Shown here piece after piece: positions 53,305 to 64,000 of a DNA stretch of 64,000 bases (position 1 is its first letter; the number at the start of each line of letters is the position of its first letter). Source of the DNA: Paragordius varius (taxonomy: Eukaryota > Animalia > Nematomorpha); contig OZ176057.1 of the NCBI GenBank assembly GCA_964247055.1, positions 4,154,001 to 4,218,000 of the forward strand, written 5' to 3'. A program made the translations under genes and the position numbers. The notes beneath the pieces are model-generated. The model searched no databases. It was not told the origin of the DNA and saw only the letters and a list, made by a program, of their open reading frames with translations.

Positions 53305-56300
53305 AAATGATTTAAAATCTGTATGTCCATCAACTGTGAAGATGCACCCAAATATTTTGATGCAATGCAAAAATAATCAATTAAAAATTAAAAACATTTA
53401 AATAGTTTATATTAAAATAACACAAAGAAATTTAACTTATTTTATATAAAACTTGCAAGAATTTGCGATTAGGTATTTTATGAAAATCGCAATGAGGCAA
53501 AAATAATAGGGTATGCATATTTGTACATCAAACAATCATTCCCAACATAAACCAAAATTATTAAACAATTAAAGACCTTATTTGCAGTGTTAGCATTAAT
53601 TTTTGTGCTAAATTCAAAATGTGTACTTTGTTCGTTGTCAGACGCTTTATTGTAAAATCTAGGTTGGTGGGAAGATGCATATATATTAATGGTTGAATTT
53701 TGTTCAGCACTATAATAAAAACAGCCAAATATAAAATTCTGTCGATATAAACATAAATGTAATATTGACAATTTTTTTTTAAACACAATTATACTTTATT
53801 TAACCCTGATTTTTACTAATTACAAATGTAAAACATATTGATAATGTGACCAATATACACCTCTATAACCTTATATGCAATTCAAAATGAGTTGTATATA
53901 AAAAAAACAAGTTTAAAAAGGTGCATAGTCTTAAAAAAATATTTCTTTTATATTTTTATGTTTTGTCCGTATACTTTAAATTTTTACTGTAATTACCCTA
54001 TATTATCAAAAAAAACTTACGCAATCCTTGTATAGTCTTTATTGGTAAATAATATTGGTAGGTATCTATGTGATGCGTCACACAAAGGTATTTCAACTAT
54101 AATTAACATTAAATACACAAAACTAATTATATAAAATTAATTATAAATCTAATCTAAAACTTAAGCTTATTTTATAAGCCTTTCATTTATAAAGTTGAAT
54201 AATGGCTTATCATAATTTTATACCATTTCTAAATAGAGTAAACACTGAGACTTTGATTGTGGAGGGAAATACATGCGTGATATGCGCATCATGACCGTTC
54301 TCAAAAAATAGTCAAATTAATATGTTAACCTAAGTTAAATTAATATTTTATTTCATTAAATAATATATATTAATCAATGAGGTTTGAGAAAAAAAAATTG
54401 ATAAATTATATTTTTTTATAATTTTTGGCTTATAGTAAATACTCCATAATACCCAAGTTTGTGTAAAGCAACTTTGAACGATTAAACTTAAAAATAGAGG
54501 CCTACAAATTCGGATTCCATAATGATATTGGAAAGGGGTACATTGAATTACACATTCTTTTCTTTGAAAAAAAAATCAACTATCCGAAATCACAATTTAA
54601 ATCAGGATTGTCCGACACAAATGGTTTGGTGGGCACATTTTTGACTCAAAATGTCGGCAGGCCTCATTTGCAAGATATATATTTGGCTATTACGGTCACA
54701 TTCAAAGATTAGATAACGATAATTGGATTAAAAATATACCTTAAGCCAAACAAACAAAACAGAGTTGGTCGTCCAGCAATAACATGGGACAAAAACATTA
54801 CCCAAGACCTACAGTCCAAAAACATAAAAGCCGGGGACTGGTTAAACAAAAAATCCTTCAATGCAATGATCAAACACCTAAACCCCGTCACGACGGGATG
54901 CCAAGGGACCCCTTGACAACAGAGATCCATCCATCCATCCATATATATATGAATATTATCAAATATTTTGTAGATTATAAGCATCATAAGACTGTAAAAT
55001 GCAAACACAAAATGACAATTTTCTCTAGTTCTTTGTCAATTATACAGACATATTCAGAGATTATTTTAGGAACATAAATTTTACAAAAATTTTGCAAGCT
55101 TATTTTCCATATTTATTTTAGCAGGCCTCATATAAAGTCTCGGATGACAGTAATACATCATTTGCGCTTAAAGAGTGTCCTTGAACACTTCAAGTTTCTC
55201 CTTATTGGTCCTTGAACACTTTAAGTTGTTATTGTTTTGTTTTTAACATCAAACAAATCGTATGTCTTAAATTTATTTTATCATTTAAACCTTTCTATTA
55301 ACATAATTTTTATTTATTAATTTTTTTTTAAAATTATTTTGATATTAATAAGATCTTAACGCGCAATTAAAAATATTGATAATTTTGATATTAAATCAAA
55401 TCAACCATATAAGTTTTCTGGTTTATACTTACATTTTTTTATTAAAAAAACATTTATAAGTTAATAATTTTGTTAAATTGGAAAATTATAGCTAAAAACA
55501 AAAAACAAGTTTTTGAATAAATTCTTAAATGAATAAATATATAATAAAAGAAAATTAGGTAAAAAATAATTAAATAAATATTACTATAGTTAAATTTATA
55601 CTTAAAAATTTTAAGGATTAAATTGAAATGTTGAAAGAATTTGAAGTCTTCAAGGACCAAATAAAACTGTTCAAAGATCAACTTGAAGTGTTCATGGACA
55701 CTCTAGAAGTGCGAATGGTAAACATATTTATATTTATATATCTTTGTAATGTTTCCTTTTTGTCTATAAAACTCTCCTCTGAAATCATAACATGCATTTG
55801 AATAATCAAATTAACAAATTTATTATTTTTGTAAAGGGTATTTAAAAAAATATAAATCAAAAAACCAACATGAAAATTATTCTATAAAAATATTTTTATT
55901 AAAGAGATGGTAAATTCATTACACAAAAAAAAATTATCATTACCAAAATAATCCACATCTTCATTAAATTCACTTCTAGAATTTTTGTGAAAAACATCAA
56001 ATGTATTGCAATGGTTATTTTCGCCGCCATTATTCATTGTTGATAACATAAATGTTAATGGGGAGAAGTGGGAACTATGGTAAGCCAAAAATATTGGGTC
56101 GCTACATCTAATATCATTGTAATTAAAATTATAAATTTAGGTTCAAATAACTGGTCTAAATAGTTTTTAGTATCATTTATAACCAGTCGTTTGTTTAAAT
56201 TGGCAGTTCAATCAAACGCCGTAAATATAGAGCTTTTATGTTGCAATAAATTGTTAATTTAATTGATATACTAAATTGTAAATTGACAATAAAAAATTAT

Positions 56301-59300
56301 ATGTGATATATATACCATTGGCCCGCCGAAAAATTTGGAATACATAATTTGCTAAAACATGCATATAATCTTAGTAAAATTGATAATTCTTAGACAATTT
56401 TTTCAAAATAAGTTTTTCCGGAAATGCAAGTAGCAAGAAAAAATGTTAAATGCCGTTTTCATTTTGCAAGCTATCTTTGAATGAAATCAATAAATTATAT
56501 ATAAATGCCCATATATATATTTCAAATGCGGCCCACCCATCTTATTAAATTGACGCCCGAAAGCCATTTGTTTTGGACACCCCTGATCCGTACGCTTAAA
56601 CATTTTTTAATTTACCACATTTTAAAATTTCAAATAACTCCATAAATTTAACGTTATTTGGGTAATTTTTAATTAAACGTGCATTACTTCAATATATATT
56701 TTTTATTTAAATTAATTTTTTTATCAAAAGAAGGTACATAGAAAATTAAACATTACTCTACTTATATTATTTGTGAAAAATGATATATAATAAACAAAAT
56801 AGAACAATAAAACAAGAGATAAAATGAAACTATTAAAAATATTTAATTATGATTTAATGTTGTATCTCAGAAACAAATTATTTATTTTTAGAGTGTCAAA
56901 ATATTTGAGGGTAAATTTGAATGCTAGGGTACAATGTACCAAAATTATTTACAAAGTTATAAGTTGATATTAGAAAAAGGTAGCATGATCAATAAGTAGG
57001 AACAACAGACTAGAAGAAAGTTATTAACCTTATAACTTTTTTATAAACTTTTTTATAAAGTGATCCATACGGTATTGGTTCTGTCCAACATGTTATTAAA
57101 ATTTCGCATGTTGACATTATATATCATTTTTAAGTTTAATTACGTTTTCGCGTTAGTCAACAATGAACATTAATATATATATTCGATTATTCCGAATATT
57201 TATATGATATTTAACTAATTAATATCTACCGTGGGTTTTGTCCAATATTTTTGTCCTTATATGGTGGTGAAACAAAATTATGTGCATCAAATGGTAAGTA
57301 TATTCCTGAAAAATTTATAGGTGAAATGGGCTGTCCATCAGAATCCAAAAGATAATCCGGTGCAAAAAGTATTATAGGTGCATTCAGAACGTTAGCCATA
57401 ACGTAAATGTGGATTTCTTCTAAACTGGCAAAGTAACTAAAAAAAACACAAATATAATCAACGATTAATATTTAATTTGTCAAAATATTTTTTTTGTATA
57501 ATACATGCAACTCAACATTTCCTTAACAAAACAGTTTTAGTTACTTGTTTAAAAAAAAGTATTATAAAAAAAGCAGTGCTAATATGCGCAAAGTGAATAT
57601 TGCCAAATAGAATATACAGTAAAGGGAATTATTATTGAATTTTTACACTATAAGATACACTTTAATATGCATGCCATCTAACATATTTAAATGAAAAAAA
57701 TAGCAATGTACTAAATATAATTATCCTAATTTTCATATTTTTTCCTTATTTGATAAAATAATTTTGAAAAACCTATTTTTATTATCACAATAAGATTAAT
57801 AATATGGAAATTAAACAGGGCTTGAAAGGGGCCCTAGTTATAAAATTAATTCAAAAACCGTTTAGTAACCGGTTGCACTTTTGTTTATAACCGCTTCTAG
57901 AATGAAAAAAAATGTAAAATCGGAATCGTAACCATTTATACTTTTACGAACCGTTTTAGAACCGGCTTCAAATGTAAACTCGGGTTTCAAGCCCTGAAAT
58001 TTAAAATGATATATATATAAAAAATCATATATATATATATATATATATATACTGATTAGATGAATCACAATGTCTTAGAGATGCCATTTGAATGATAGAA
58101 TTCCATTCCGTTTCCCATTCCTCAGGACTGAAAGATAAACCATACTATATAGAATAGGGTTGTAAGCACATAATTTAATGCACTATAAAGGCAAATATAT
58201 TTTTTTGAGACAGTCTGTTTATTTGGATCTTGGTTTTTTCATTATTGCATATTTTGCATTTCATCGATTTCGTAAAAAATTAGAGTAATATCCGTTTAAA
58301 TAAAAAATATGTATTTGCATTTTAAAGTTTTACATTTATAATTTTAACATGATAATATAATAATTTGCAGCAAATATGTTAGTCTGGCAAGACTGCAAAG
58401 GTTAAAAAACTTATAAATAAATGGTTGTTCTATTTGTGTACTCCGCTAAAAACTGTCTGGTTATGATTCTAAAGCAACGGTTCCAGATAATGTTAATTTT
58501 AGAATCAAACTTCCAATTACATATAATCGATCCAATAAATATAGAATGATATGCTTTATTAAACGAAATTTCTTATATAAATTTAGATTTTCGCCCCTAA
58601 TTCAAAGTATAGATATATATAATTGATTTTATTTAAAAAAAAATTCACCATAGTATTCAATTGATTTTGACGTCGCACCCAGCGTTGCTTTATGGGTCCA
58701 TTATCAAATATTTTATTCTCATTGTTAAATTTGGTATGGGAATCATTCTGAAGCGCTTTATGCAATAATTTTCTAAGAGCCAGGTTTGAATCTTCAAATC
58801 CGTACAGTGCTATTATTATTATAACACGGAAAATTACATAATATATATATATATATATATAAATAGGAGAGGGTGTACATCGACTTATAATCATTAATGA
58901 TCATTTTCTTTTGCAAAATTGGTAATAAAAATAGATTTTCTACATTTGTGTGTAACTTGCTCTTAAGTCTTAATAACACTAACCAACAAATTTTTCTGCC
59001 ACTCGAGTTTTTTGAATTTTCTGATATTTAGTATCATTTTAACAGTAAATCCGAAATAAAAATTATAACTCGTGGGAAGAATTTTGTATAATTTGATTTT
59101 TTTGATTATGCGCCCTCTTTATCAAAATTTTACTAAAAAATATTTTTCTTTGAAAATATATAAGTAATGCCCATTTGTAATATATCATTCGAAAGAGTAA
59201 TAAAAACTCTATAAAATGCATACTAATATGTATTACATCGACAGTTAATATTGGACACAAAGAGCGACAAACGCGCGAAGCGAGAGCATTTTTTTTAATT

Positions 59301-61184
59301 ATTATATTTTTCAAACTAATGGATGAAAATAGCTCAAACTTTGTTTAGATGGTGATGAATGTCCAAAAAAGATAACACAAGAAAGTTTTTTGATTAAAAC
59401 ATTTTTTTATTGCTTTTATGTCACTCAAAACAGTCATTTTTAAGTTTTTTGTTTTTTAAAAACTACCATCTCATCAATATTAATTTATTTTCTTTATAAT
59501 GCTGATAATTTCGAAATTTTAAAGATATAAACAAAGTTTAGGGTATTTTTGATCTTTTATAGCCATTATGTAATAAATTTACAGTTATAACTATGCATTT
59601 TAGTATCCACTAGGTAAAATATTTATGATAATAATAATTTTTATTAAAAAAGCAAGCCAAAAGCTTTTTCAAACATTTTTTTAAATTAAATACTAATATA
59701 ACCCTAATAATTATATTAAAATAATTTATATGATTTTCAAATTAGTTTGTCTGTGAAAATTCTTGACTTATTTAAGGATTGAAAATTTCGACCATTTAAA
59801 TCCAAATAACTTTTACATCCGATTGATTTAAATGACTTACTACCATTTAAAAGATGCAGTTTTTTGCGCTCTTTCGAATGATATAAAATACTTGGCTTCA
59901 TATCTAAAACTTTTAATTTTCGAAATTTCGAGTTTAATGTTAAATCGGGGCCAAAAATTATCGATAAACTCTAATATAAAAAAATTATTCCATGCTAGAC
60001 CAATTTTCTCTTCAGATATACTAATTATGTACTTTAAGGATATAAATTTTAAATTTACTAGAATGGAAGTTAAAAAAAGTTAAAATTTGTTGTCTAGTGT
60101 AATCAAATTATTTTAACCATTATTGAAAAATATAATAAAAACTTATATACAACTTATCTTAGGCAAAGAAGGATTTTCATGTCCGAAAACCATCCTAAAG
60201 TATAAAATATGAAGGTAAATTCTTATTATTAAATTTAATCCATGTAAAAAATCGGGCTTTTCTCATATTTATATCAACAATGGGATTAACTAAAATGGTA
60301 AAAGGTATTGAAGTTAAATGTTTTGTCATTCAGATTTTTCATTACTATTAGTTATATTAAAATTAATGCAAACATAATATATCATGGGCCAGCGCTACGG
60401 TATTTTTTTCCATAATAACAATTAAAGATGTAACTGATAAAATTTAAAAATCATACTTATCAACAAACATGAAATAAAATATTTTTATAGCCAAATGGCC
60501 AATAATGCCTCTTGTTATTATATCTAATTAGCCAATAAGTTTTACCATAAATAAATCTAAAAATAGGGTTATCAAGTAAAATAAAACCATTTATATAATG
60601 TTATTAAATTTAGGTTGGGGTTAACAAAATATATCTAAATAGAACTGATATTAAATTTTAACCTCTAATTATTAAAGTATTTTGATTGCAAATATTTATT
60701 TACCTAAGGATAAAGCATGTAAAAGACAATTCCCATCTCGTTTAGTATTGATAACCCAAAGTTTATTGTAAGAATTTTGACAATCACTCGGTTTACAAGC
60801 CCACCAATTAATTTTACCTAAAATATACAAAAAAGTACCTATTGATGTAAGGGAGTTTTGCATATATATATCAATAATGTATTTGAGTAATTTATTTTGA
60901 ACATGCTGACTATCATATAGTGGTACGTTACAAAAACTGTTTATCAAGTTTTGATCCAAATATATATTTGGAAGAAGTAAATTTTCATAGGGTTTTAAAT
61001 GGTTTGTAGCGATAGTGCAATTCATATTACAATTATATACGCTATGCTTGGTCCGTTGGCTATCCTTCAAATAATCCAAAAAATTATAAGCGCGAAAATA
61101 TATCGGATTAATTATTTCATTGTAAGAATAAAAAGGATCAAAGTAGACCTCAAGCGGCAAGCTTATATTAAATCCTTGGTGCAT
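51685..61184 (-). CDS. OTUD7: OTUD7/Cezanne-family OTU deubiquitinase (5' start and one intron region unresolved)
   Basis: Phase-consistent exons: about 61184-60704 (KINWW...TKRDGNCLLHALSL), 58809-58649 (LYGFEDSNLALRK...RW), 58144-58053 (EEWETEWNSIIQMAS), 57436-57230 (SLEEIHIYVMANVLNAPI...GIYLP), 56107-55944 (PIFLAYHSSHFSPL), 53136-52582, 52232-51685. Catalytic Cys (DGNC) and His (SHF) are present. Confidence 0.88.
54603..55150 (+). mobile_element. hAT-type MITE interrupted by an RTE 3' fragment
   Basis: Begins CAGGATTGTCCGAC, similar to the reverse complement of the element ending at 56585. Confidence 0.55.
54674..54942 (+). mobile_element. 5'-truncated RTE LINE 3' end with (ATCC)n tail
   Basis: YYGHIQRLDNDNWIK and GRPAITWDKNITQDL motifs, followed by four ATCC repeats. 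Confidence 0.75.
55157..55719. mobile_element. MITE with ~36-bp imperfect TIRs
   Basis: atcatttgcgcttaaagagtgtccttgaacacttcaag versus reverse complement accattcgcacttctagagtgtccatgaacacttcaag. Confidence 0.8.
56315..56585 (-). mobile_element. hAT-type MITE fragment
   Basis: CAGGGGTGTCCAA terminus on the minus strand; ggcccgcc and tgcggccc subterminal motifs. Confidence 0.65.
57816..57996. mobile_element. hAT-type MITE with 12-bp TIRs and a probable 8-bp TSD
   Basis: CAGGGCTTGAAA ... TTTCAAGCCCTG; flanks aaattaaa and aaatttaa (7/8 match). Confidence 0.8.
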
Positions 61185-64000
61185 AAAGGCAAATGAATTT
61201 TTGCAAACTTAATATTCATGATGGACAGTTGCAATCATGTTTGAATAAACCACATATGATTTTTTTATAAATTATTATAGTAAATATATCTAATTTCTAT
61301 CATCAATATACAATAAATATAACCTTATTTGGTAAGCGATTGTCCTATAATAATGAATAATCAGGCATTAGCGCATAAATAGTTTCATCTTAAAACTTAA
61401 ATATTTTAATATAAATAAATAAGTGTGGGTAGTATAAACTATACGCAAAGAATAACACGGCTACAAAAAAATATCATGAGTATAAATATTATGAAAATAG
61501 AACGTATCAGGACTATCCTTTTAATTCGCAATTATAATTATTAAATAATTATTTTTTTGGAAGCTGATTCTTATTAAAAATTTATACGTATTTGATTAAT
61601 AAAATTATGTAAGCTAATGCTAAAGGTTTATTCTAAAAAATTTCACTAAAATATCAATTATATATATAACTTTATTAAGAGTTTAATATATAGATATACA
61701 ATTAAAAAATCTCAATTTTTGCCCTGTTGAATTAGTTCAAAATAAACATAAAAATGTCTGCTCAATAATAATAATTATTTTATGCTAAATATTGACATCA
61801 AAAAAAATTTTTCACGTGAAAATAGTTTTACCTAATTATAGCCACAAAATTTAACCTGCATCATACTTCACAGTGCTTACAAAAAATAATTAACTTATTC
61901 CAATATTTATTCTGATAATCTATTATTGAAAAAATGTAAGGAATCACGCATTTATAAAGCAAGTTAAAGTAAATGGCAATCGTATTAATGATTTTTAAAA
62001 AATAAATAGTTAATTTATTTAATAACTATCTAACATTCGGTTAGAAATACCTTTACCACAAATCATTTTCATCATTTTATATCTTTTTTGATTTCGTTTT
62101 GATTTCTTTTCTTTATCCTAAAGAAGGTTATACAATTATAACCGAAAATTAGATATTTATTAATCACCTATTTATTTTTAAAAAATCATTTATACTCATT
62201 ATTGCCATTTACTTTTTAACATAATGTATTATTATAATAAAGCTTTTGGTTTTTGCCCTTCAAGTGATATAAAAAAGTTATTAGCACTCTAAGTGTTCCA
62301 TATCTAAATTTATGCACATTTCTTTTAATATAATTCTTTTGGTGAAATAAATTCTTTTTCTAGCAAATATCTAAAATATATTATAAAACTATAAAAATAT
62401 TTTAAAAAATTTATTTTTAGATGGGATCCCCAAAAGTCCAAAATTCTTTCACTCTTTTAAAATGGGTGAATTCCCTTAAGAAACGAAAAAAATGCCGGGG
62501 TTAGGCGATAAAAATTTTACTAAAAATAAAATGGATAATTCCTATAATAAATTTAATTCTATGCAACATTTGGTTGAAGCCTTCATACTATTTTGGGTAA
62601 TTGTGAAACATTTTAAAAACACACTTTTTATAATTAAATTCTAATTATTTGTATGCTTGATTATAATTTTCATGTTCAATTGCTTTTGGGTGATTTCTGT
62701 AAAAAAATTCAATTATATTTATTATATATTTGAAGGCAAAAAGATATTGTAATCAAATATTTTAGGTTATAATAAAGTTCAGCATCATCAAATTATGTAG
62801 AAAAAGTGTTTTTATACCGTTTCGATTACCCTTCAAAATAGCATGAAGTAATCTTCAAAATGATTTTGCTTTTATATAAATTTTGCTAAAGTATGCATTT
62901 AAAATATTTTTAACTTATATAAAAATTTAGCATATATTTTCTAATGCCAATCTCGGCATTTTTGCGTAAATCCACCAAAACTATATTTTAGTAAAAAATG
63001 GGATTTATCCCACATTTAAAATTGTATTCCATTAACAATATATGCTTTTTGTAGGTTGTTTATAATAAATATTATAATAAAATAAAATAATTAGCTTTCC
63101 ATTTTATAAAAATAAAGGTGGGTAAATTTTGCAATTTTCCGATATGGAGCACTAAGTAAAAATGTGTAAATAACTTTTTAATGTCAACGTCATATAGTTA
63201 GGGTTTCTATAAAATCTCAGATTATAAGTTGCGTTTTTAACACACTTAAAAGACAAAATTTTATGAAACTCTATTTGCCAACTAAACTCACTATTAGAAT
63301 ACCTGTATATCAAATTCAAACAAAAAAATATTGTTTTTATTTTCCATTTATTGTCATCTGGTTTATGACGGTATAAAAAATATACTGTTTTTTTTGGAAT
63401 TTCACAAAGTATATAAATACAAAATAAAATCTACAAATAGTGATTGAAAATCCGTACATATTTCCTATATTAATTAGTATTAAAATAAACTTCTGAATGG
63501 ATTTGTAAGGATTGATGGATGATATTCAACTTTTGAATCTTATTGTGTATTTATATACTTTATAGTTCCATGTAAGATTATCAAAATAAAACAGTATAAA
63601 TTTTACACTAAACCAGATGACAAAAAAAGGAAAAAAACAATATTTTTAATTTTATTTTATATAAGTTTTGAATAAAATATGAATGTTCAGATTTTAATAT
63701 AGGTAGTAAATAAAAAATAATTTCAATATACTTTTATAAAAAAAATTGTTTTTTCTCTTAAAAACGCCATCTTCTAAACTAAGTATTATAGAACCCAAGC
63801 TATATAATTTAAGGCTATTTATAGATTGAAAATAGGATAATTAAGCATAATATCTCAACTTTTATCATTATTTTGAATTTACACTTTTTGCAAGATTTTA
63901 AATTTTCTCTCAATATTTCAAAACTAGGTCGTCAACAAATTAAAAATTTTGCGACAAATTCACAGGGTCACAAGCTATCTCACGAAAATTTATTAAAAAA

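Noticed and set aside
57862-58068. ORF with apparent acceptor ttcag|GGCTTGAAA as an OTU exon
   Set aside because: It coincides with a TIR-bounded MITE; the exon with OTU homology is 58144-58053.
59063-60083. Short ORFs and a cgcgcgaagcgagagc motif in the OTU intron
   Set aside because: No recognisable domains or paired termini; probably decayed repeats.
61400-64000. Search for upstream OTU exons or another gene
   Set aside because: No ORF in the track and no phase-consistent exon could be supported by eye.

Overview
AT-rich eukaryotic (animal-like) genomic DNA with spliceosomal GT-AG introns; the organism cannot be identified from the sequence. The window is dominated by a tandem triplication with a period of about 18.7 kb, arranged X1-LINE-Helitron-X2-LINE-Helitron-X3. 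Each 12-13 kb X block holds (a) a minus-strand 3-exon gene for a secreted protein (signal peptide, Ser/Thr mucin segment, very Arg-rich segment, acidic tail), (b) a divergently transcribed plus-strand gene for a secreted Asn/Thr/Ser-rich protein ending in a thrombospondin type-1 (TSP1) repeat, and (c) the 3' exons of an OTUD7/Cezanne-family deubiquitinase. Only X3 is joined to the catalytic 5' exons of that gene (53.3-61.2 kb). The spacer between blocks is a decayed RTE-clade LINE plus a non-autonomous Helitron with an internal satellite. A decayed hAT transposon occupies the left end and several MITE families lie in introns. Best leads: the uncharacterised Arg-rich secreted protein, the X-LINE-X architecture, reciprocal inactivation of the three genes across the units, a candidate 21-nt intron in the OTU domain, and a signal-peptide exon bracketed by inverted repeats. 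All gene models were read by eye and are untested.
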